Both the position numbers and the translations under genes were made by a program. DNA of 32,325 nucleotides, from NCBI RefSeq assembly GCF_004010195.1, contig NC_057718.1, forward strand, positions 22,480,963 to 22,513,287. Reading direction: 5' to 3'. The stretch is from Chiloscyllium plagiosum. Taxonomy: Eukaryota. Numbering within the stretch: position 1 is the stretch's first letter; the number at the start of each line of letters is the position of its first letter. The notes beneath the pieces were generated by a model that saw nothing but the letters and a program-made list of their open reading frames with translations, was not told where the DNA came from and did not search any database. Shown here in pieces: positions 1-10,958 of the stretch.

Positions 1-232
1 TCAGATCTCCAGCATCCATAATTTTTTGTTATATCCTTATAATTGGGATATCATAACATGTTAGAAAACAAATCAGTTATGTAGTATGACAGGGCTGTGC
101 ATTGCTGATCACAGTTCTACAACTGTTATTTATTCCTTTGTTGTTTCTTTTTCCCCAGAATGTATAATTTTGGATAACGTTTTGGGTCAAGTGAGCATTC
201 CTAGCCTGTTCAAGTCCTTTTTCAGCCTCCCA

Positions 233-368
233 CCTTCTGAGGGAGGGTCACTTGACCCAAAATGTTCACTCTGATTTCTTTACATCAATACTACTAGACC
301 TGCTGAGCTATTCCAGCAATTTCTGGTTTTGCTTCTGATTTACAGAAGCTGTAGTTCTTTTGGTTTTT
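233..368 (+). mobile_element. Degenerate PLE-type terminal-repeat fragment with decayed hammerhead core (family D)
   Basis: CTGAGGG-A-GGGTC-ACTT-GACCC-AAAAT-GTT followed by actctgatttct...agacctgctgagc. Similar to 2025-2115 and, on the - strand, to about 25295-25360. Confidence 0.5.
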
Positions 369-710
369 ATAGACTTTTGGCCTCTTTGTTAATTAGGGAG
401 CCACAAACTGCCTGAGTTATACCTGTGATGAGGATGGATGACTGATGCAAAAGGCATCATTTTACTTCATGCTGTCTTGTCTTAGCAAAGACAATATTAC
501 AAGATGGGGCAGGGGAGGAATGTTTGAAGGTTTAAGCTTAATATTGTAGACCAGACGTCATTGCTAAGATCGTTTGAAAACCACAGTGACTGTCAAGATT
601 TCATACACACATTGCAAAACTACAATTGTTAATGCTCTGAGTTTCACACATCTTAAGATCTTAATAAAACTACAGATGAATAATGAGAATCGCTATGTTT
701 TCTGTTGCAG

Positions 711-870
711 CTACCAACTACCAAGTGGATATAAGCCAGCTCCGATGGACCTGAGCCACATCAAGTTAACCTCAACCCAGGAAGCAATGGTGGACAAACT
801 GGCAGAGAATGCTCATAATGTGTGGGCTAGAGATCGCATCAGGCAAGGCTGGACGTACGGTATTCAGCAG
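711..870 (+). CDS. RYR2: Ryanodine receptor (RYR2-like) internal coding exon, 160 bp, RyR Repeat12 region
   Basis: Acceptor tttctgttgcag|C at 710/711. From 712 it reads [53 protein letters not shown], matching my recollection of RYR2 ([53 protein letters not shown]). It ends in phase 0 at CAG|GCAAGT. The paralogue call (RYR2 vs RYR1/3) is from memory. Confidence 0.93.
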
Positions 871-2024
871 GCAAGTTGTGTTCCTGTCTGCATTTCCAAT
901 GGATGTCACATCCTAAGTTATTGCCCTGCGGGACTTGCTGCTGATTAGACTGAATGGAAGCTATGAAAGTTTCAGAAGGCTTTTACATTTTTAATGTGCC
1001 CATCACTAGCTGAGCAAGAGGCTGCTGCATGTTTATCCTTCTCTCAGGCTGCAGAGCTGGAGCAGTTGCAACGTATTTATCTTGAACACTGCATTTTCTG
1101 CTGCAGCACTGTCTCAGCTGGTGGGTGTTCAGGATATAGGTGGGTCTGGTCTACTTGAATGTCTCACACTGTGACCATTCTCTCGGCACTATCACCTACT
1201 GTAGGGAATCTAATCTGTACTAGCATTGCCCTTCCCTTTAGCCTGCCAGCCCCTACCCGACTCACCTATTTTGAGGATGGTGTCCATCACTGTGCCCTTT
1301 CAGCTGGGTGCAGTCCTAGCAGTGGCCATCCACTCCCAGTGATGCTGCTAAGATTGAACAGCTGCTGAGTGGCATTTCACGGAGCCAGGCTTCCAACCTT
1401 TAAAAAGATAGGAGCCACAACGGCAACTGATTTGTTGCGAGCTGGACTCAAAAAAGCAGCCATGCCCCCACCATCCTGGCTATATACAAACCTCACTGTG
1501 CTTTCATCCTCAAAAACACACACACATGCCTCTTGTTGTTGATGGAAAGCTTTGTTGGAATCATGCTGCTGTTGGAGCCAGAGGTGCGCTTCAGAATTGA
1601 GTTGGTGAGTGCCACATTATTTAAGTCCCCAAATTCTTGTTCTGCCAGTCAGTGTGCTCCATGTCCTGAGTCAAAGAGCAAAAAGTGTGCATCAGAAGTA
1701 CCCATTTTGGCTGTGAGCCTGGAAATCTGTCCTCCTGATTCAATTTGGGCCATGTCTGATCTCACTAAATAACTAAAGCCTGATATCAACAGTCCTCTAT
1801 ACAGACAAAACTAGGGCAAGGTGGGTATAGTTTTCAGGAACTTACATGGATGCATTTCTGGAGGCAAGTGACAAAAGCCTTGCTCATGCCCTTGACTGGA
1901 ATTTTGATTGGATCCGCTAGATTTGTTACTGAACAGAAACCTGTAGCATTTGGATTCTGTTAGAAATTTCCCACCAAACTGCACTCACCTTCCACTAAAC
2001 TCCCAACCCCCAACTTCCTGAAAA

Positions 2025-2115
2025 TGTCTAAAGAAGGGTCCTGAAACTGGGCCCGAAATGTTAACTCTGATTTCTTTCCGCTGAGCTGCCAGATCTGCTG
2101 AGCTGTTCAAATAGT
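2025..2115 (+). mobile_element. Degenerate PLE-type terminal-repeat fragment (family D)
   Basis: CTAAAGA-A-GGGTCC...GGGCCC-GAAATGTT-aactctgatttct...gatctgctgagc, the same family as 233-368. Confidence 0.5.
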
Positions 2116-2226
2116 CTTTTTTTTTCCTTAATATACCATTATTTGGATGTGCCAGCATTGGACTGGGGTGTGCAAAGTTAAAAAACACACAACACCAGGT
2201 TATAGTCCAACAGGTTTATTTGGAAG

Positions 2227-2261
2227 CACTAGCTTTCAGAGCACTGCTCCTTCATCAGGTG
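2227..2261 (-). ncRNA. Minimal hammerhead ribozyme motif
   Basis: The - strand reads CAC CUGAUGA A GGAGC AGU GCUCU GAAAGCUA GUG: stem I CAC/GUG, stem II closed by G-U, palindromic AGCU stem III, CUA triplet. Confidence 0.7.
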
Positions 2262-2277
2262 AAGGGCACTCCACAAC

Positions 2278-2312
2278 CTCCTGATGAAGGAGCAGTGCTC
2301 CGAAAGCTAGTG
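2278..2312 (+). ncRNA. Minimal hammerhead ribozyme motif (sense to RYR2)
   Basis: CUC CUGAUGA A GGAGC AGU GCUCC GAAAGCUA GUG: intact core, perfect 5-bp stem II, one mismatch in the 3-bp stem I. Confidence 0.72.
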
Positions 2313-3304
2313 CTTCCAAATAAACCTGTTGGACTGTAACTTGGTGTTGCGTGATTTTTTTACCTTAAAGATGCTAGTCATTCAAGAAAGGCGAATCAGA
2401 GGCAGGGAATAACCATTACCTTATTGAATGGTGGAACTGGCTTGATGGGCTGAATGGCCTTTATATTGACTATTCCTTTGGAAATGTAGCATCAGATATT
2501 TTACATATTTTGGTTTGAATACAGAGAATTTATGTTGTTTTCAGTCATAATTTCTCCTTCTGGAAGATGTTTTCGAGGTGTTGGCTTTCTGTATTATGTC
2601 ACAACTGCCAAAGGAGTCCTAAAAAAAACTTTTATCTTGCCAAGAGGAGCTTTTTGCAGAGAATTATGTGGCAGTTAGTCTTTCATAATTGGTATGAAAA
2701 AGCATTAAATTTTCACATCCTTAGTATATGTGATGTGAGTAGTAGATTCAGTGCAATAACTTCTAACTGATAGAATTCACAGCAATTATTTAAGTGAACT
2801 GCTTTTCATTATAAGTACAATGAGTTTCCTTTCTTTGATGCTGAGGTTTCTCTGTTCCCATTGGCTTAATGGATGAACACGGTGTACGCCATACAGGATG
2901 AAGCAGGAGTTGGCCCCACCAGCAATGACCATCAGAGAATGAATGTTGACATTCTCCTCATGAGTAGTCGTGACCTTTTCCCTCAGGTCACAGCCCCAAG
3001 TGTTTTTTTAATTCATTCAGAGGAGCGGCAGTCACTGGCTGGCCAGTATTTATTGCCCATCCGTAGTTGCCCTTGAGAAGGTGATGGTGAGGTGTCTTCT
3101 TGAACTGCTGCTGTGCACTTGCTGTAAGTTGACCTACAATGCCCTTGGGGGGGGCTTTTCATAATTTTGACCCAGCGACAGTTTGAGAGCTGTCAATCAC
3201 GAAGCAAACTATTTCTCTGAGTATCACATAAAAAAATAAGAAAACGATAGCTTGAGAAAGTAGGAACAATAAATGTCATCCTGCCCAACCTTCAGTTCTT
3301 CAAT

Positions 3305-3870
3305 AATAATGTTCCTCTCAATATAAGGTCAAAACTGGGGATGATTGCAAATGATTGCACAATGTTCAGAACCATTTTCAGCTCTTCGGATACTGAAGCA
3401 GTCCATGTTCAAATGCAGCATGACCACATAATTGTCAGGTTTGCACTGACAATTGGTAAATAACATTCACACCTCACAAGTGCCGGACAATGACCATCTC
3501 TAACAAGGGCAAATCTGACTATCTCCATTTGACATGAAAATGGTATTACCATTACTGGATCCCCCACTACCAACATCTTTTGAGGTGACCATTGAGCAGA
3601 AACTGAGTGGGACAAGCTGTATAAATACAGTGGCTATGAGAACAGGTCAGACCAGGCTCGGAATCTGCAGCAAGTAACTCACCTCTTGACTTCTCGAAGC
3701 ATGTCCCAAAGCAAGGCACAGTCAGGAGAGTGGTGAAATACTCCCCACTTGCCTGAATGAGTGTCACTTCAACAGTACTCAAAAAGCTTGACATCACCCA
3801 TGACAAAGCTGCTTACTTGGCTGGCAACACATCCATAAATATCCACTCCCTCCACACCGATGCTCAGAAC
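3305..3870 (+). mobile_element. Decayed CR1/L2-clade LINE fragment (RT C-terminal part)
   Basis: Broken translation IRSKLGMIANDCTMF...DTEAVHVQMQ...DNW*ITFTPHKCRTMTISNK resembles the FADD...W..F...KC region of non-LTR RTs. Confidence 0.6.
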
Positions 3871-4109
3871 AGCCTTAGACCTCCACAGGAGGCTGAGGTG
3901 GATTATACACTTGTCAAGTTTGGTTGAAGATTGTTGTAATTATTTCAGCTTTATCTTTTGCACTGCTATGCTGCATTCTCCTTCATCATTGAAGATTGGG
4001 ATATTTGTGGAGTCTCCTCCTCCAGTGTGTTGTTTAGTTGTCTATCACCATTCACAACTGGGTGTGTGAGGACTGCAGAGCCTAGATCTGATCCCTTGGC
4101 TGTGAAATA

Positions 4110-4372
4110 GGGTCATAGGAACAGGAGTGGGCCATTCAGTCCCTCAAGCCTGTTCTGCCATATAATGGGATCATGGCTGATGTTTGGCTGAACTCCACAT
4201 ATCTGCCTTATATCCCTTAATACCTTTGCTTAACAAATAGTTAACTATCTCAGATTTGATCAAGCAACAACTGCCAATTGTGGAAGAGAGTTCCAAAACT
4301 TCACCACTCTTTGTGTGTAGAAGGGCTTCCTAACATCTCTCCTGAACTGTCCAGCTCTAATCCTCAGACTAT
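4110..4372 (-). mobile_element. CR1-type LINE 3' end fragment, apparently nested in an older - strand repeat (about 3900-4630)
   Basis: cataggaacaggagtgggccattcagtccctcaagcctg... resembles the reverse complement of the CR1 3' UTR seen at 5403. Confidence 0.55.
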
Positions 4373-4692
4373 GTTCAGCTGTTTGCTAATTGCTTAGCTT
4401 GATCTATCATTAGTCACTCATGCAGTTTGGCAGTAGCCTTCTCTTGCAGCTTTTCCAGTTTGACTCCTCTTTTTAAGGTATAACTGGTGCTGTCCCTGGC
4501 ATGCCCTCCAGTATTCTTCATTGAACCACATTTGGTCCCCTGACTTGATAATAATAATAGTGTGAAGGATATGTAGAGGTGAGTTGCGGGTGAGAGATGA
4601 AGGCTAGAGGACTGTTTTCTCATACTGTTGGGATTCCTCATTGCCTTGTAGTTGCTTGTAGAGGGACAGCTGATATGACTTCACTGTGCAGG

Positions 4693-4864
4693 GCGAAAGT
4701 GAGGACTGCAGATGCTGGAGATCAGAGTCTAGATTAGAGTGGTATTAGAAAAGCACAGCGAGTCAGGCAGCATCTGAGGAGCAGGAAAATTGATTCCTGA
4801 TGAAGGGCTTTTGCCCGAAACATCGATTTTTCTGCTTCTTGAATGCTGCCTGACCTGCTGTGCA
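4693..4864. mobile_element. Fold-back short PLE-derived element (family B) with a hammerhead motif at 4793-4828
   Basis: gcacagcgagtcaggcagcatctgaggagcaggaaaattga (about 4753-4793) pairs with tcgatttttctgcttcttgaatgctgcctgacctgctgtgc (4823-4863). The loop contains CUGAUGA A GGGC UUUU GCCC GAAAC AUC. Confidence 0.82.
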
Positions 4865-5402
4865 TAGGATTGATGGGGTGAGGATTGCAGGAGAGAGATC
4901 AGGGGCATGTCATGGACAAGGACAGAGGGGTCAGTCGATGCAAATCCTGTGTTTGTCCTTTCCCTATCCGCCTTGGTTGCCATGGTACCAGCCACGATAC
5001 AATTCCTACAATCCAGCCCATTATTTCTAAAACCTCACCATCCATTGATATTAAACAAACTGGCATGGAATAACTAGGAGTAATCTCACTTTTTCATGAA
5101 TAAGGGTGCCACATTTACCACATCTCCAGCCTCATGCGTCTCACCAGTTTGACTGCAGATGGAATATTCTGGAAAACTGTTCCACTATCTTCAGCGTCAC
5201 TTCTCTCAGCATTTTCCTTATGAGTGAGTACTGATACAAAGTACTCATGTTTTTAACCCTTTTCCTATGCCTTTAAGCATATCACCTTTTATTTGTCTAG
5301 TCGGCCCCCACCTCAAACCTCCATTAATTGCCCAACTTAGTATATGCATGGGGTTGGAGCTTTAGTTTGGCTCTATTCTAACATTTACTGCCTTTCTGTT
5401 TT

Positions 5403-6382
5403 AAGACCATAAGACATAGGAGTGGAAGCAAGGCCATTAGCCCCATCGAGTCCACTCCACCATTTAATCATGGCTGATGGATGTTCCAATTCCACTTACC
5501 CACACTCTCCCTGTATCCCTTAACTCCTTGTGAGAGCAAGAATTTATCAATCTCTGCCTTGAAGACACCCAACCTTCCGGCCTTTACTGCGCTCCATGGC
5601 AATAAATTCCACAGGCCCACCATTCTCTGGATGAAGAAATGTCTCCTCATTTCTGTTCTAAATTTACCCCTGCTAATTTTAAGGCTGTGTCCATGGGCCC
5701 TAGTCTCCCTGCCTAACGGAAACAACTTCCCAGCGTCCACCCTTTCTAAGCCATGCATTATCTTGTATGTTTCTATTAGATCTCTCCTCAACTTTTTAAA
5801 TGCCAAAGAATACAATCTCAGGATCCTCAGTCGTTCATCATATGTAGGCCTACCATTCCAGGGATCATCTGTGTGAATCTCTACTGGACATGTTCCAGTG
5901 CTACTATGTCCTTCCTGAATCGTGGGGCCCAAAATTGGGCACAGTATTCTAGATGGGGCCTAACTAGAGCTTTATAAAGTCTCAGAAGCACGTCACTGCT
6001 TTTATTTTCCAACCCTCTTGAAATAACTGACAACATTACATTTGTTTTCTTAATAATGGACTCAACCTGCAAATCAGCCTTTAGAGAATCCTCTACTAGC
6101 ACTCCCAGATCTCTTTGTACTTTGGCTTTATGAATTTTCTCACCGTTTAAAAAATAGTCCATGCTATGTTCTTTCTTCCAAAGTGCAAGACCTTGCATTT
6201 GCCCAGGTTGAATTTCATCAGCCATTTCCTGGACCACTCTCCTAAGTTGTCTAAATCTTTCTACAGCCTCCCCACCCCCTCAGTACTACCTGCCTGTCCA
6301 CCTAACTGCGTATCATCGGCGAAATTTGCCAGAATGCCCCAGCCCCTTCATCCAGATCATTAATATATAAAGTGAACAGTTT
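5403..6382 (-). mobile_element. 5'-truncated CR1 LINE (RT C-terminus plus 3' UTR)
   Basis: - strand ORFs QRDLGVLV...LYKALVRPHLEYCAQFWAP and YDERLRILRLYSL...RRDLIETYKIM...HGHSLK...FF.QRMV.LWN.LP, with a short tandem tail (taagaccataagacata) at the left end. Confidence 0.9.
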
Positions 6383-8271
6383 TGGTATTTTTCCCATGCT
6401 AGTTATGTTTTCCTCTTTACTGTCCAACTCAATGTATTTGATTTGGCCTGTTGCTCACTTATAGAATTCAGCTGATGTGAAACTTACATCCTGTTTTCTA
6501 CTTTTTGTTCAAAATAGGTTAAAATAGATCCCATGGAATGTTTAGCCAGGGCCCAGATGTTAGTGACATGGTGAGTTATCAAATCCCATTAAACGTTATA
6601 AAGCATACCAATTAGTTCTATTTTTAAGATCTAGCTTCAAAACTCCCCCAAAATCCATTCCATCATGACTGTCTCACCAGTTAGTCATATTTTAGTACCT
6701 TATCATTCTGTCCTGGCATTCCACTCCCCTAGCTTCTTACATTTGCACACCAGCATGAACTCCTCCTGTGCGACCCTATCCCAGGCTGGCCAGGTCTAAA
6801 GGAAAGGTTGCTGTAACCCTCAATGGGGGAAGAAGACCACCTTACTGGCCTGGATAGCCTCAAGCAGAATACCCAGTGAGGCTTCGGCAGAGTGGAGAGT
6901 CACCTTCTGATGACATGTCGGCAGTGGGACATAAAATTACAGATTGTTGCCCTGTAGTGAGTAAAGGAGGGTGCCAAGGTAGCCTTTAGTTGTTGTACCA
7001 AAACCTTTCAGGCTGGAAGATGCTTGTGAGAGAGAACTGCTGTCCACCATTTGCATGTGATTTACTCTTTATTTCATCCCAAGACTTGCATACAATTTGT
7101 ATTGGAAAACAAGTGATCGTGTGAGAAAAGATCATCGCAGACTATTGTGAAGATGATGCCATCTGAAATGTCCACTGCCATATTTTGACTCCAAGAAGGA
7201 AAATCCCCACCACTACTCTTGTTTCTCTCTAATAGTACTGCTTGACATGCTGATTCTTCAGTATTTTCTGCTTTTATCTCATTTGCTTCCATTATTGCTA
7301 TCACGTCATTGATAAATCCACTAAATCCAATTAAATCTTCCTATCAATTGGCTATTCCTGATGTGAACCAGTCTCCTCAGCTTTGACCATGTATTATGTA
7401 ATTATAAGAACAATCTTTCTGTTCTGCAACGTAATACGCTCAAAGGCAGCAAAGAGGTAGGCTACCGGGGAAGTGACGGTATAAATAGGTTAATCACTTC
7501 CTAAAGAGAGAAGTAATTAAGGAAAATGGAAAGAAAATGAGGAAATAACTTTGACATTCAAAAAGAATGAACTGTCAGTTGGACATAATGACCTTTTCCT
7601 GGAAAAAATTATGTTCACATGAATCATAAATGTACTTTGTGAATTCTATCACATCTGCTTTTTATGGTACACTTTTTTTAAACAGGGTGAGTGATAAATG
7701 CAGTCCTTGAGAATGAAATTGGAGCTGAATCTCAAGGTTTATTTGTAGATATGAAAATTAATATGCAAGAAATGCTTTGATTAATTATACATATTAATGC
7801 AAACTGTTGTGTTAAAGTAAGATTTTTCAAGTTAATGAAAAATGTGTAGTATATCAATGACGTAAGTAATTTATCTGTCACAAAGAAATCATTAGGGCTC
7901 GGAATATACCTTCAAGATCATAGTTTAAAGGACTTGAAATATTAGAATAATGTATCTTACAACTTCATATGACTAATCTCCATTAAAAATACACTCTATT
8001 TGATTAAAAACCATATTATAAGTCATCTCCATTGCACTACGTCAACAATAGTGAAGGGCAGTAAAAATTTATCTTGTACTGTGAGGGATTACATTTGCAT
8101 GTTATGACATTTTCTATTATGTTGAGCAAAATGAAGTATTAGTAGTAGCTGCCTTTGTGACTGGACTAATGTGGGCAAACTGGAAACTGTCCCATTTTAC
8201 TCTCACCACTGCCTATCTGAGGCTGACACCAATTCTATCAATTTGTGAGACAGCTTGTTCAAGTTGAGTGT

Positions 8272-8550
8272 AGTCATAGAGTCATACAGCACGAAAATAG
8301 ACCCTTTACTGTGTTTGGCCCATATCCTTCTGAACATTTGTTATTCATTTACTTATCCAAATGTCTTTTAAATGTTCTAACAGTACCCGCATCTACTATT
8401 TCCTCTGGAAGCTTGATCCACATACCTCCACTCTATAAAAGAGTTGCCCCTCATGTCTTTTTAAAAAATCTTTCTCCTCTCACCCCTAATCTTGAAACCT
8501 CCAACCCTAGGGAAAAGACAACTGCCATTCACCTTATCTATACCCCTCAG
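8272..8550 (-). mobile_element. CR1 LINE 3' end fragment
   Basis: agtcatagagtcatacagcac... tail followed by aaatgtcttttaaatgtt...cctctggaagct, similar to 32128-32325. Confidence 0.65.
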
Positions 8551-9120
8551 AGAACTGTCTGACTTTGAGTGGAAACTCTTGGCTATGTGCTGATTGCTAG
8601 TTTGCAATTGTCCAGCTCTGAGACATTATTCATTCATGGCTCTGCCTGTCCTTATTGTTGATGGAGCCGTCATTACCATGAGGACCATTTTATTTTGGGT
8701 TCCCTTTTTGTACTATGCTCCTTTAAATGAATTAAACTTTCAAAGATGCAGAATCCTGAGTGCTGAAGCATTTTAGACACAAGGTATGACATATCCAGTA
8801 ACCACCCAATCCACCCCTTGCCTGCCCCCATTACCCCAACATGGTCCTTGTGCAGTTTTACTTAAACATCCTCCCAAGAAAATTGACATCCAGACATCTT
8901 CATTTTTTTTTCTGAACCCTTTCCTGAACCTGCCTTGCTGAACCCGTTTGAGTGATCAGCTCCACAAGGATAGCTGTGTGATGCACCCTAAACTCCTCCA
9001 TTACATTTAATGTGCATTCTACTTTAATTTTTAATACATATTTTGTCAGGAAAAGGAAAACACCTTATCCATTGGTTCATCCAGCTTCAATTTGTCTTGA
9101 TATATGAGGTGAAAAAACAT

Positions 9121-9424
9121 GCATGGTGGTTCAGTGGTGAGCATTGCTGCCTCACAATACCAGGTACCCAGGTTCAATTCTATCCCCGGGTGACTATCTG
9201 TGCGGAGTTTGCACATCCTCCCTGTGTCTGTGTGGGTTTCCTCCGGGTGTTCCAATTTCCTCCCATAGTCCAAAGATGTGCAGACCAGGTGAATTAGTCA
9301 TGCGAAATCGGCCATCTTGTTCGTGCATTAGTCAGAGGGAAATGGGTCTGGATGGGTTACTCTTCGGAGGGTCGGTGTGGACTTGTTGGGCCAAAGGGCT
9401 TGTTTCCACACTGTAGAGAATTTA
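9121..9424 (+). mobile_element. tRNA-derived SINE, HE1/V-SINE type
   Basis: A box TGGTTCAGTGG and B box GGTTCAATTC, V-SINE core tgtgcggagtttgcacatcctccctgtgtctgtgtgggtttcctccgggtg, and CR1-like tail gggccaaagggcttgtttccacactgtag. Confidence 0.88.
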
Positions 9425-9604
9425 GATGTAGGTTTGCTTGCTGAGCTGGAAGGATCATTTTCAGACGTTTCATTGCCGGACGAAGCTCACTGATGATCTT
9501 GCCTAGTATGGTGACAAAACATTTGAAAATGAACCTTCCAGCTCAGCGAGCAAACCTACATCCAGAACCTCAACCTGAGCTACAAATCTTTTCAAAACTC
9601 GCTA
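9425..9604. mobile_element. Fold-back short PLE-derived element (family C) inserted in the SINE tail
   Basis: Arms 9425-9471 and about 9516-9562 are inverted. The loop has a decayed hammerhead (CA CUGAUGA U CUUGCC UAGUAU GGUGAC AAAAC AUU UG). The sequence is related to the terminal repeat at 20980-21095. Confidence 0.78.
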
Positions 9605-10958
9605 TCGGGAATCTAACCTAAATGTCAGGTCATGGCAGCCTATATTTCTTCAACTGAAAGCTATTAACTCTCTCTCTGCTTGCCATGGTAACTACACAAA
9701 TTCAACTCCACAGCTATTGCCCTGAACCTTTTTCCTGAACCTGCCTTGTTTGACTTAATAAGTCTTTCTCCACTTTTGAAGATGACTCAAAAAACTCTTT
9801 TCAAACATACCTTCAATTTCAAGATTAGAGTGAAGCATAGAGGGATTTCTGTGTTTTGTTGCTACTAAAGGAATCCTCTCTCAGTTGTAAACTGCAAGCT
9901 ACGGTGTTTCTCTTTCATTTACCTAAACTAGCCTCCAGGTTGGCGGCTTCCATTGGTAACAGTGACATTAGAAATAACTTTGTAATGTAAATGATTCAGA
10001 GAATGGTAGAGATTGACAGCACTGTGGGAGGACAGAGTCATGTGGTCTGTGCTGATTCATTGCTAGAACAGTCCCATTGCCCTGCATGAGGAACAGTAAA
10101 TTCTCCCTCAGTCCTAGTCGGTATTCCTTTCGCAGCCAACACCATCATCAAATTCAAATGTCTTGATTGGATGAGAGGAACAATCTTGAGTGGTTCATGA
10201 GCTTGATAGGTGTACAAATAATATACTTGATATCTGCCTGGTGATTGCTGGTACTCCTCCAAGGAGCAAAACCTGCTAATAATTGACCTTCTTTCTAAGC
10301 ATGCAGAATTACAAATTATATCGACAGCATCTCCAGGATCCAGGTCCGGAACTCTTGGAGGTTCCTGCATTTAAATTGACTTTGATGCTTAAACATGATG
10401 CTGGGCTTTTCCAAGTGTCAAGATTGCTGCTTAGAATGGAGATCAGTACCAGGGGAATTCAAGCCTGAGAAATCTTTAACTTTAGCCTTGTCTCCCCTAT
10501 TGCCATTAGTCTAGAGCAGTGTTTCTCAATGGGGGTGGAAGCGCCCCCTGAGGGGCATTTGCCTTTCTTCGGTGGGCGTTGAGGTCAAAGGGGGCGGTAA
10601 GGGGGCACAGAATGACTTTGTAGAAGCATTGAAGGACATTGCTGTGTGCAGATGGATAGTCGCATAACACAAGTCTGTTATTTTCCCTCCACCCATGGAG
10701 GTGTGTGCTCTGATTGGTTGCTGTGCTATTATTGATAGTCTTCTCTGTGAATGTCAAACCATTTGAACTCATTTGCAGTTGGCACTGATTCTACTGCCAA
10801 GATCAATATCACATAACTCGTGTTGCTTTTAGGAAGACGAAATGCAGCTTTTCAACTGTTCTACCAGGTGGCAGAATGAATGCACATTACAGCTAATTAA
10901 CCAATCAAATTTTGCCACTGTCTGAGCATCTTAACATTATTGTGATAAGGTAATACCC

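Larger units (their letters stand above)
2140..2366. mobile_element. Fold-back short element with two opposed hammerhead motifs (family A)
   Basis: Arms of about 85 bp (2175-2261 and 2278-2366) are reverse complements. The same sequence family recurs at 31586-31910. Confidence 0.85.

Noticed and set aside
574..948. 124-aa ORF as a stand-alone gene
   Set aside because: Only 711-870 is RyR-like and it is bounded by splice sites. The rest is intron read-through.
2175..2366. Tc1/hAT MITE interpretation of the palindromes
   Set aside because: Arms are asymmetric and vary between copies, TSDs in family B vary (11 and 17 bp), and families B and C match the termini of PLE coding remnants.
6705..7060. 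GC-richer stretch possibly from a LINE 5' UTR
   Set aside because: No ORF or motif that I can confidently assign.
9121..9185. tRNA gene
   Set aside because: The A/B boxes belong to the SINE head. There is no full cloverleaf and it continues into the V-SINE core.
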